Shown here: positions 12,915 to 24,790 of the stretch, one piece after another | Layout of the letters: each line of letters starts with the position of its first letter | Position numbering within the stretch: position 1 is the first letter of the stretch | Assembly: GCA_051294905.1 (NCBI GenBank) | Contig: CM119377.1 | Span: 10,168,001-10,232,000 of the forward strand | DNA: 64,000 nucleotides | Direction: 5' to 3' | DNA from: Botryllus schlosseri | Taxonomy: Eukaryota | Program-made: the position numbers and the translations under genes | Notes under the pieces: generated by a model | What the model was told of the DNA's origin: nothing | What the model saw: the letters and a program-made list of their open reading frames with translations, nothing else | Databases searched by the model: none

Positions 12915-12935
12915 GTTGTTGTTGTTGTTGTTGTT
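12915..12935. repeat. (GTT)7 microsatellite
   Basis: Direct read. Confidence 0.95.
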
Positions 12936-14149
12936 TATTGAACAATGTAATGCTCTGTGCTTTGAAAACCGGGCTGTAATATTATGGTATATCGGCTCAG
13001 AGCTGGTACAAATAGTCATCTTTGGCACACAAGTAGACGAAGCGTCGTTAATTTCCACTCAAGTAAAAGTCGTAGTAGAGATTTCCGAGTAAGTAAAAAA
13101 ATTGAAGCATTCCCGGGCTAGTTTTGCCAGAAAAACTGAAATCTGTTAAGTAGAAGTATTCTAAAAGCACAATCACCTGAGTAAGTAGTGTGAGTATAGG
13201 CAAAATCTATTTGAGTACTCTGAAAAAGAGGAAGCACTTTGCTACATACCACCTCTGTTTAGGGCTTTAGGCTATAGCATCTTAGCTCTCTTGCAAGGAT
13301 TTCTCAAAGTTGAAATCATCTGATGAGTAGGGCGAGGCATGATCTAATAACTCGTTGATTCGATTCACAATCAAGTATTTACCTTCGAGTCGACTTTCCG
13401 AGTATCACTCATATGTCATCATATATGCTAGTACTCACCGAAAAGCTGAAATAATTTTATATGTGACTGTACCATCAATGTAACATAACGCGTTGTTACA
13501 CCCCGCGGTACGGCCACTGATTCAAAGATATGTCGCTTTTATAGAGAGATTGGACGGACATGCGTATATGCTATAACCTCTATTGTTTATTTTCATGATT
13601 GCATACCCGACAATAAGACTTATTGAGACGAATATATTGCTTATGTGCATTGTCACTCGTCAGGCGTCATGATCGACCGGAATTTGCGGCGTCAACCTAA
13701 CGGGTAATGAGGCTATTCAGTCTTCACCTCTTTTGAGCATGAAACCACTGTTCTAAGTATAAATAACTTATATTGTACGTGTATCGCGTACACTGCACTT
13801 GCACAATAGACATTGGACAAAACCTTAAATTGGTACGCAAGTACCGACCGAGTAACAAAGACGAGTAATTACTGTTGTATGTACTTGAACCACAAATCAA
13901 GCCGACTTACGCTATGAAATAGCGGTTTCACTACACGTCTGTACGTGTACGGTACGTCTACGTACGTCGTACACACGTGCAGTAAATGGTAGGCGTCGCT
14001 ACTCATTTATGATTCATGCGTCTATCCTACAAGTAACGCTACGCCTGTCGATGGTGGATTCAAATAATATAAGCGCGCGTTTTCCAGGTGGCCGATTTTC
14101 GTTACCGAGAACTTGCTCATGGGAATAAGTATAAGGGATGGGGAATACG

Positions 14150-14282
14150 GGCGGCGGAAACTGCTTGATTTGCGTTTTGTACGCTATACAATACCCGTTA
14201 ATTCTGTGGCTGATTCGGCGGCGGAAACTGCTTAATTTGCGTTTTGTACGCTATACAATACCCGTTAATTCTGTGGCTGATT
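14150..14282. repeat. Tandem duplication, 2 x 67 bp
   Basis: GGCGGCGGAAACTGCTT(G/A)ATTTGCG...CTGTGGCTGATT repeated head-to-tail with one mismatch. Confidence 0.95.
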
Positions 14283-14505
14283 TGTATGCTTAGCTGGCTG
14301 TGACAGATGAATTTGAATTGGGTGTGATTTTACAATCTCCTTCCAAGTAAATACCTAGATTACCAGCAAGATAGCCAAGAAAGAACGCGTAAGACCCATG
14401 TTTATTTTCTGGGCATTTGCCCATGCGCAGTTTCCCTGTACGATGTATAGTATACGTAGTACGTACACGTGCATTTATCAAAACGGGATGTGTAATAGGA
14501 TAATG

Positions 14506-15247
14506 CGGGGCACTTCAACCGGGTATTTCGTACTACCTGGGGTGTACCAAAATTATAATAGGGTGTACCACCGCAGAGGAAAATGATTCACCCCATCAAG
14601 AAATATCAAGTCAGAATCGTGTGCGTTTCACGAATGAAGGTTTTTCTGCTACGTTTAGGTGATTCCAATATATATTTCGACTCTGTCTACAATCCTGATG
14701 GGACGTCAAAAATAACAACATGCAACAAAGTGATTATTAAAAACAAGAAGATGCATCATCATTAATTCTGTGTCCAAACTTTTCGAAGACACCCTCTACA
14801 TCAGCTTTCTTTGTTAGTTAATCTGATCACGTGGGCAAAGAATGGATAAACATTTGACAGCATTATATGAAACAACCAATAAAGTCGACGAAATTATTTT
14901 TCCAGGTTCAAAAGCAACCCAGATAACATTGCCTATCTAGCATTTAAACTCCCAGTTTGGGTGCATAGATATAGTAAGCCTCCGGCACAGTTAAAAATAT
15001 TCATACGCAAGGGCTATCCGCGGCGCCAAGTTTCCAGTAGCTAATTTATCATTAGTATATATGACGTCGAGATGCCGTGGCGGTTGTATGATATATATCT
15101 AATCGAAAAAGGCCGTGAATAGCGAAAAGGTTAAACACCCCTGGATTAGGCTTACTACGGAATCAGCGTGTTATGTGGCCAAGGGTGTACGAGTTTCAAA
15201 TATGAGTTAAAAGGGTGTACCACGATGAAAAAGGTTGAAGAGCACTG
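14506..15247. mobile_element. Old hAT (Buster/Charlie-like) MITE
   Basis: Right end GGTTGAAGAGCACTG; degenerate left end CGGGGCACTTCAACC; flanks GGATAATG / AAATAATG; GGTGTACC subterminal motifs at both ends. Confidence 0.6.
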
Positions 15248-16804
15248 AAATAATGTCAATTTTGTCATTCTATCTGCCACTCAGTACGCTTGCGGTCTAT
15301 GCATGGATCATTGTATTAGTCATTTTTTCGTATTAGGTCCTCTGACATTTAGAGACTACAATCACTGCAATTACTGTCAAGATTGTATGATCTGACATAG
15401 TTTCATAAGGAATTGTGATCAAAACACTGAAAGCTACACATATTACTCTGCCGTGATTGCAAATCTAATTAAACCGGGATATAGGCGGAATTATCTGAGA
15501 CGCGCGAGATCTGTGTGATTATTATTAGTCAGTTTCGAATGACGATTTTGGCAATTCCGATTCCCCGCCATCAATCGAAAGGTAGCAATTTCCTCGCGCG
15601 AGAATTTGTATGCCGAATTAAACGATAGCCTGTCAACCAATATTGGAGACGCATTTTTTAAACAATCGTTTCGATTCATTAAAGTTATTTGGCCGTGTTC
15701 GATAGGACTTTTATCACACCCCCTGTACACTATATCGAATACTATTAGAACTACTAATGCGATGTCCTTGCGAGTAAAATTTGCGATTACGCTAGTAGTT
15801 GTAAAATCCCATTCTGTAAAGGTACGCTATATAAGATACTAGTTGCGTAGAGGTGGTCAGTAACGAACTGCTTATACTTTGTTTAAGTAGCCTACTCAAG
15901 TAGGTTTTGCCCGCTTGTACTACGGACTCAACTGATCTCTCAAATCTACTTTTTGAATCTACTTGAGTATTTTTCAGATCTACATTTTCGACTTCTACTT
16001 GAAGTATTTCTGATATGGTTTTGAAATTTCTACACATTTTGTAAGATATACCGCTGTCACTTCTGCCTCAATTTTTAATAATATGTGGACTGTTCTCAAA
16101 AAATAAAATGTGAACACTTTCGGTTGTGACCATACTACATTACGGCAAATTCGGCATGTTTTCCCAGCTGTGTGCTAAAAAAAGCACCACTTTCGCTTGC
16201 GGCGACTTTGGGGTAAATCGATGAATTTGGCATGTTTTTCCGCGATCGGGCAGATGTCAACTGAAAAAGAAGATACATACTTCCATTAGCGGTCACGCTG
16301 TGATCGATTTGGCATGAATTTTTCCTTCTTAGGAACTATTTAGTCGATAGGTTATCGCGGGCCGCTCTTTGAACACCCCTGGCCTGGGATATACATATCC
16401 TGCTCTGAATCGCAGAATTCCCCTCTAGGAATGTGAAATTCCCCCGACTTGGGATCCTTTTGCCAAACGAGAATTGTGATGTCGTCTACTGAAATATCTA
16501 GCATTCCAATCAAGTAACATAAGGTATTTGGAACCGCCTAACGTAAATTATCAGTTGACATCTGAGAAGTAATCAAGATCCTTTGCGGGTAAACTATTAT
16601 TTCTAACCTGACAGGCGATGTAGTTTGGTTGCTCAGACCCAGATTGAGTTGGGCAACGCAGGTTGCAGTTGATGGTGTCCGGTTATATTTTCTACCATTT
16701 TGGCTTACTATCACGACCATCATGGTTCTCCTCTGGCAATTTAGTTCATAGACAGCCGACCTTACACTCTTACAGTGAGGCGAGTATTATATATTAGGCT
16801 ACAT

Positions 16805-17496
16805 CAGGGGTGGGCAGACCTGCTGTATGCGCGAGCCACAACACAAAAATTCAAAAATACGAATTTATGACGTCACAATGAAATATAGGCTATCGAATGA
16901 AGTTAATTATTGTGTGGTGATACGATGGGTCTCCACTTGGGCTACAAGGTCTTTGAAATCATGATATGACGTCGAAGCAGTGCGGAGCAGTTCCTTGAAG
17001 TGCTGGAAGATTACAGCTCGGTACGGTACGACATTTTCTTGGCCAAACTCAGCAGTTATTGCTGGCCTTTGCAAAGTGCCGTATTCACATTCCAGATTGG
17101 TAGCCCGGAAATGATTGTGACCTGAGCTGGCGTAATTAATTATCGAGTTCATTGTTGAAGACAATGATTTATAATTGATTGATGACCAGGCATCCATTGC
17201 TGTGGGTGGAACGTTTCTGTGAACTCCATTCGAGAGTTCAATTGCGAAGTTACAACCCTGTATTGTCACCTTCCCCTTAGTTTCACAAGTCTTGCGTAAA
17301 CCATAAGGAAAGAAGCAACACGACAACAATCCGCATATTGGTAATACTTGATAAAATACATCAATTTACAATCAGGTTAAACTTCCGTATCTAAATGTCG
17401 AAATGTATGTGCATATGTGCAATCAATAAAGAGCCGCAATCAAAGGCTGAAAGAGCCGAAAGCGGCTCGCGAGCAGCAGTTTGCCCAGCACCCCGG
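16805..17496 (-). mobile_element. hAT element remnant with a decayed Buster/Charlie-like transposase fragment
   Basis: Left end CAGGGGTGGGCAGACC; right end GAGCCG..GCGGCTCGCGAG..GTTTGCCCAGCACCCC; flanks share TACAT. Minus-strand ORF 16907-17329 contains IINYASSGHNHFRATNLECEYGTL, reminiscent of the VNFIR..GLNHRQF...EYGDL block of GTF2IRD2/ZBED5-type transposases (recalled, not searched). Confidence 0.5.
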
Positions 17497-18869
17497 TATT
17501 ACATTATATTGAACCGGGCCCGCGTATACTATGTACCCCCTTTCCTCTTTTTCCATTTCTCCCGTGTGCCATTTCCTTCGTGCGATATACGGAAATGCAG
17601 TTAAATGGCGAGGATATCATCACTCGTAAATATGTTAATAATATTTGCGTTGCAGCAAGTAATCATGTGTTGGCGCGAATACGAGAAATTTGTCATTGCG
17701 TCCATTATATTATTACGGGGGTCTTTTTTTGCAATGTAGGTGTGTATGAGTCACCAAATCCGAGCCGGCCAGGCCAGTAGCATCTCACTATAGCAGTCGT
17801 TCGTTACCCTCAAAACTATATAATCAACAGAAATGCAGATGTAGGGAAAAACACAGCATCATAAAAAATATTTTGGTAGTGCCGAGACGTGTAAATTTTT
17901 ACCCTGCTATCAAATGTGTTGCTCCATCCAGACGCATGATTATTGATTATGTCAATCACGATTACCATTTCATCACACGTTGCATCATTTCGAAGTATCC
18001 AGAAGGCGGATTCATCGTCGAAATCCGTTGCTATTGACTCGGATTACTGCGTGCGGTCGTAGAATTTAGGAATTAGGAATTGGAATGAACGAGTCATATT
18101 TACGTTAGCGAGACGTTGATGTTTTTGAACATCCAAAATCGAGTTTATTCGGTAATATTTGCTCACTTTAAACGGTGTCGACACGTACCGACATCTCGAA
18201 AAGCTCTTTGTATGGCCACAGTGCACACCTCTTTCTCGTGTCAGTATACGGTGACATGGTATTACACGCGATTATACCCGCTTAAAATGACATGCTTTGC
18301 GTTTCGTCCTGGTGTAATTATACACACTATACAAGAATGCACGCTTGTTGCTGTACTATATGTGATTAATATCCGCGTAATCAGACGTAGCATGCATCGA
18401 TAATCACGCTTGAGAGTTATTGCGGTGTACAATAAGGTAGCCCCGAATCAACAACAGCAAGGCGGGCACAAGAATCCGAGAATCATTCTTTCGTGAACCG
18501 AAAGGACACTGTATGACTTTACAACAGGATGCAATACAGACAGTTGAGCGAAACTTATTGTTTTCGTATCACCTAGTAGGGCGTAAACCTCCAGTTTTTG
18601 CATGTTGATCACGACGTCTGACATGATCCACAAAGCGTAGTTGACTTAACCGAATTCGATAATTTCAAATCCGAATACATTCGGATATATCCAAATACAG
18701 AGCTCCACATATCTCACTATCAGTATTACGCGGTTTTACAAGCAACACACCATTCTTACGTTACCAGATGTAGGATATTTATGGTTAATGGGTCTATAAT
18801 GAACGACAGATACGAACCGTATCTCTAAGATACCCGATTACTCTCAGGTCTAAAAACACAGTCATCCAT

Positions 18870-19180
18870 TAGGGATGGGCAAAATCGAATATTCTCTTAT
18901 TGCTCATTATGACGTCATAAGGGATGGATGACGTGTAAAATTCGAATATGTAGCTTTCATGTGGCCACAAAAATAATGCCAGTTGTACACCGCATAATGG
19001 TAATTTGGTATTTTTTTGTCGACCATACCTAATTAGGCTGCTTAATTCATCGCACTTTGTGGCTATATCGATCACGACATCACAGTTCACAGTTATGTCA
19101 TTTCCACCAACGCACGTAGATCGAGGTTTCAAGGTTTCCACGTTGGGAAACTAGTATTGAAATTATCATTATCGCTGAAT
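18870..19180. repeat. Diverged MITE-like repeat (TAGGGATGGGCAAAAT end), homologous to 10551-10910
   Basis: See 10551 entry; only one end recognisable. Confidence 0.6.
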
Positions 19181-19567
19181 AAATTGTTGTTTATTTGGTG
19201 CTTGTCGTGTGACGGCCTTTTGCACCACGGTTGATGAAATGCACAGTGTTTACCACGAAAAAAGGTCATGTGAAATAGCGATCAAATATCAGAATAACAT
19301 ATAAACATCCAGGTCAAAAATAGCGGTTACACGATGATAGTACAAATTCAACTACGTAAGGAGCTGTGCGACAGTTACTGAGCAAATTAGTATTACAAAA
19401 ATTCACTTTTATTTCGGCACATCTATCGATGAGAACATCTATAAATTAAAAATTATATTATATCTTAGTGGATAGCGGCGAATAATTTCAGTGCTCGAGT
19501 ATAGTCGTTTCATATTGCTCGATTCGTGTTCGAGTACTTGAATCATTGCGTCCAGACATACTGTTCA

Positions 19568-21357
19568 ATGTCCATACATCTCTTACCCACCGACCAAAAT
19601 TCACCGTCGCCACTTCAATTCATTACAGTTTCGGATCATTCTCACGATTACTTTGTCACAATCAACCGCGATCCAGCAAACACTGGACCAACTCGAGCCA
19701 CAGGCATTCGTGAAGACTCGAGCCTAGAAAAGACACCTGAAAGGCAACGGAGTACTCCTGTCGTGGAATCAGAAATAGCTGGCGACTCGGAATACTCGCA
19801 TGTCTCCAGTGATGAAATCGCCCTGCCTAAAGAAAGCTATAAACTAACGGAGGACTCAATCCGCAAGTTGAAGTCGTTTTGCGGGCGAAACGGGGACCAG
19901 ACTTTGGTTGATACCGTGTACTCCTCTCCCGATAACGTGCGGCTGGTCAACGACCTCGCGAGAGTTCTGGAGAGGGTGGAGGAATGTCCCTGGTACTGGG
20001 GCGAGGTCGGTCGTCAGGAGTCTAGCAGGGTCCTGTCCGGGACGAGCCCGGGGACATTCCTGCTGCGCTTGAGCAGCGACCCAAAGTAAGCATTTTTATT
20101 GAATTTGATGCAACATTTGCGGCGTTGTTGTGCATGTTCAGTGCATAGATCTCATACAATTATATAAAGATTGGTCAAAGATAGTCACCATTGCTTCTCA
20201 AGTAATAGTATAGAAGCAACGACGTAAACTTTTACTCAATTACAAGTATAATTAGCGATGTCCAAGACACTTAAAATGACTACAAGTGGAAGTAGAAAAT
20301 AAAAGGTCAGAAAAGAACCCGTGTAACTTGTTTCAAAAAGTAGATTTGCAAAGCAATTAATCGTAAGCGGCTATATACTTCCAAAATTTCAAGATTTCTT
20401 ATCGCGACCACTTCGTAATAACTAATGGGCCACTCTTGCAATCTTCGAAAATACATTCCGTTACAATGATACAGGAACAATTTGCACGCGGTGGAATCCC
20501 CGTATGCCCACTGCCCAGCATATATTAGGGATTTCATTCCATGCTGTATCATTATCACTGTACCTTTAAAGTATATTATTATACATTTGGATTGGAGTAT
20601 TTGATTATATTAAGCTTAATGGTGTAGAAATATGCACCTGAATAGGAGAATTTGGTTGTATAGTAACTTTAATCGTGTACAATTTTGTACTCATTTATAT
20701 CAACTCAAATATAGGATTAAGCCGAATGAAAGGAAATTAAACAAACTTAATCTAAACGTGCACTTGACACTACATGGTACCTAAATCTCTGCCGTCGTGT
20801 CCTCATTCACGTGTGACGATATGAGTCAATACCAAACAATCACCAGTGCCCCCTTTTGCAGATATCTCTTCAGTATTAGCGTGAAGACAATAGTCGGCCC
20901 GATGAGCATCCGAATCGTGTACGAAAAGGGGTATTTCCGATTCGATTCTGAGTTCACCAGAGCCCAAAGGCAGGCGAGACATTCCGCGCCCAACGGGCGC
21001 GGGGGACATCCCAACTACCTGCACAAGACCACAAAGAAATTTCCTTGCGTCATCCACCTGATATTATACCATACGAGACATTTGCAATCTTCTACAGAGG
21101 ACTCGCCAAGTCCAAACGCGGACGACCGCGCCGACGGGCATTTCATGTGTTACTGGCCCTCTAGAAACGGTAATCGTAAGGAAATACCAGTGTTGCTCGC
21201 TACACCTCTGCCTAAAAAAGGATATTTTCCATCTCTTCAAAATCTGTGTCGCGCGGCGTTGAGCAGAGAGCATAAACTTTGGCGGTCCGACAACGAAAAG
21301 GTTCTCGTCCACACGTCACTGCGAAGGTTTATCGCGCGATATCCTTATCCTGTTTAA
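19568..21357 (+). CDS. SOCS-A: suppressor of cytokine signalling, SOCS2/CISH-like (SH2 + SOCS box). Core exons 19568 (or acceptor 19629)-20085 and 20862-21357
   Basis: ESS-SH2 start LARVLERVEECPWYWG...GTFLLRLSSDPK; donor AA|GTAAGC at 20086 joins in phase 2 to TTTTGCAG|A TAT (KYLFSISVKT...IRIVYEKGYFRFDS...FPCVIHLI); BC-box PSLQNLCR; C-terminus RFIARYPYPV*. Confidence 0.92.
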
Positions 21358-21403
21358 CCCGCGTTGGGTTTCCACACACGTCTTCACTTTCTGTAGCTGC
21401 TTT

Positions 21404-21412
21404 TTATTTATT
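21404..21412 (+). promoter_or_regulatory. AU-rich element nonamer TTATTTATT in the SOCS-A 3' UTR
   Basis: 47 nt after the stop; mirrored at 30267-30275 in SOCS-B. Confidence 0.6.
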
Positions 21413-21422
21413 TGGTTACGAC

Positions 21423-21744
21423 TAGAGTTGGGCACAACGATTCGAGAAATCGAATCCGAGTCCAGCACAAATTGTAACGATCCGAGTCGAGTAATGACAG
21501 TTGATTTTTTTAAGTAATCGAAATATACGCCTTCACGAAAAGGAGAATACGTCAACTACGATACAATGACAATTATCCTTTCAATTCTCATATCTACCGT
21601 TGGAGCCTCGAAACCTCGGTTATAGCCGTACCTCCTGATTGAGAAACAAACATGCTGCATTGTTTCACGAGGCTACGAATGTTTAAGCAATGAATACTGA
21701 ACTCGGTATCGAATCTCCATGGTACTTGATTTTGCCCAACCCTG
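21423..21744. mobile_element. Old hAT-like MITE just downstream of the SOCS-A stop
   Basis: Ends TAGAGTTGGGCA / TTTTGCCCAACCCTG; flanks only 5/8 identical. Confidence 0.5.
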
Positions 21745-24153
21745 GTTTTTACTCCAAAGGTTATATATACCCACGCTTTGAAGAGTTTTCTGTTAGCGTG
21801 CCATTTGTTTACGTTGCAACGCCGGATGTTATCAGCGGATATCACCTCACATGTGTAGTCTTGGCGTGACTCGTTGATAGTACATAACATCTGATATATA
21901 CTGTTCCTCGGAAGAATAACGGTATTTCATTATTTGTGAAGAAGAAGTCGGTCTTGGTTTGGGATCATGTAATTTTTGAAATTAGTTTCAATGGACACTT
22001 TTATAGTCGTGTCGCGTATCATTCGTTGCAGAGCGCACATGCAAAACTGGCATTATTCGGGATAAATCGAGCTGAAATTCCAATTTCAGTTTAAAATTTA
22101 CAGGCACCATCCTAGACGAGTGCTCGTATTTACGCGAATAATACGTGATGAGTTATAGAGCTTTCCGAGACAGGCCACGACTATCTCAAGTAGAAACAAG
22201 AAATCGGCGCTGTATTCGTATGTTATTCATAAACTAATGTAAGGGTGATGATACGCTCGCATCGGTATTGCAAATGACACTAGTTTTACGGAAATTTATT
22301 CCTTAATTTGGGGATGAAACGGCTACGCTATAACATATCAGTAAACGCAACGCACGTAAAATCCACTTAGTTCCTATACTGACTTGCATTTTTGTTCCAT
22401 TTCAGCACGCAAAATCGCGCATTTTCTTTTGTTGCAGTCGTAAACATTTTTCGTGACCACCTGGAGACATCATTTCAACTGTAATACAATATCTGTCAGT
22501 TCAGTCGTGTTACCGCAAACGAAGGAGTAAGACAGAAACGAGTGTCTTATCAGCCGAATTTGACTATGAGGAAGATAAATCAATCGAGAATAGAGGTTCT
22601 GAGAATATGTATAAGTACTGGTGTTGAATTATTACGATTGATCAGACTATACTATCCTGTACCAATGATTTTCGATTTGGGATATCCTCTTTTTTCATTC
22701 AAGGGCATTCCAGAGTTCTGATAGTCGCTTCCGCCGGGCACTATTCCTCTGACTATAGACAGATGCACCCGCCAAATTTTCAGATTACACAAATTGTTGA
22801 CATTGATAACTCCATGACTGCCGCGTGATTGTCCGCAGAACAGACGATGTTAACTTTACAGCATCAAAACTAGGGCTACGGCTTTGGCGCCGGATCGGAC
22901 ATTAAACGATCGGGCGAGTATGATTTACAGCTATCGCGTATGGATGCGTTCTCGCATATATTGTTGGGAGCGGTAATTCTAGGACGAAATTTTTGTGAGG
23001 GCAGATGAAAATTTGCCACGGCGACAATTTTAATAATGATGTCACCCCAGGGAAAAATTGTAATGCAGTGGATAACTATGTCGTCAAAACGTCCAAACCA
23101 AGTGGGCCTTCTCCCTCCCACCTAGCCTGGCTACAGTAATGCAAATACAAAAGGATGCATGGCTTTACAAACATGAGCAACGTCGCGCAGCTGTTGAGTG
23201 CCTACTTCACATAATTGTTGTTTAAGAACATAATTTAACTTATCAGACGCTTCTATGGTTCATTTATCGATGTTTGCGCGACCATAATTGTGGCGGTGTC
23301 GGTCATGTCGACATTTTACATCGAATTTCCAACTGACGCTGGGGTACATCGGCCCTGTTATCTATTTGCTATTACGCAATTTCAATTTGTTTCATAATGA
23401 CTATAGCCCGGATACACAACACCGACGTGGTAACTAAGACGCGCTTACCGAGTATATAGACTATTCTGGCGTTCGTACGTTCAATTAATTAACAAATATC
23501 TGACCAGTATAAATCACACCGGTACGTATAATTTCCGTGCGTAATAGCAGCGTCACGTTGCTAGAGTTTGGAAAAAAATCAAAAATTACCGACGTCCTTA
23601 TCTTGTTTCTACGTTGGCTGCGCTGTCAGTTATTGTGTGACGGACACGGTGTACCTGATCGATATTGCGTGGATCTATTTGAAATCTGCCTCTTCTTGTT
23701 GCTCAGAAATTATAATCCTGTGATCACATTACGCAATCGCGATTAGAATATATCCATGTTTGTCTTTCACTCTACGGCTAAGCTACACGCATATCATATT
23801 CATGCGTTCATGATTCTAAATATAAAAATTAATCGTATCTTTGTGGGAGAAATCCGAAGAACATTCAGCTAATTTATGCGTGTAAATCAATCCATACGAC
23901 TTATTCACGTCCCGTCACATTATATCAATGATACGTATCAACAGACATACGACATAGATTACAACCAGAGAGCGAGTATCTTCATGATGTAATCTGTGGA
24001 TGTATATGTAAATAAGCGCATCACAGCCTACCGGCAAATACACCACTCCTGCGAATCCTTTCCCTAGTGTGTTTACTGTTTATCTAGGTCCCAGTCGCCA
24101 CCTGATCCGCGTAAGAGGTGTCTAAAAAAGGACTACGTCGTGCTGCTTCTAGC

Positions 24154-24790
24154 CGGCAGATACGGAATCATAATAATGAATATCGACCTGGTGTATATGA
24201 CCATTGTAGTCGAAAAAACACCATGAATACCACAAACAAGTGTCGACTCTAGAATTCTAACCTTTAAACAAGCGTATTTAAAAATAATTTTGTTTTTTCA
24301 AGTTGTAGAATTATGCCAAAATTGTGTAAATATTTTCAAAAAACCTGTTTTAATATCCTACAGACAATTATCACCCGGTATGGCCGACGTATATCGATGT
24401 GGGATGGTTGGAGCCCCCCAAATAGTCAGTTCAACTGCTATAGTACAGATATTCCGTAAAAGGAGCTATATTTTCCATTGCCAATGCCAAACCACTATGA
24501 CGTCACAATTAAATTTATGTGACGTCATGGCTAGAAACCAATAAAAAACATGTTTTAAACAAGGGCCTTTTTTTAAACATGTTTGTATTAAATTGATTTT
24601 TGTTTTGAATGCAACCCTAGTTGGAGGGTTAGCTATGGGCTCCTCCTCGCCATCTCATCGCGCAAGCGGTGTCTTGAAAAGCCTAGAAGTGGGCCGTGCT
24701 ATAAGTCGGCAGATACGGAATCAAAATAGAGACAATCGTCCTGGTGTAAATGACCATTGTAGTCGACAAACACCATAAATAACACAAACA
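24154..24790. repeat. Direct repeat of ~90 bp (24154-24240 and 24707-24790)
   Basis: CGGCAGATACGGAATCA...CCTGGTGTA.ATGACCATTGTAGTCGA.AAA.CACCAT.AATA.CACAAACAA occurs twice, 553 bp apart. Confidence 0.85.
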
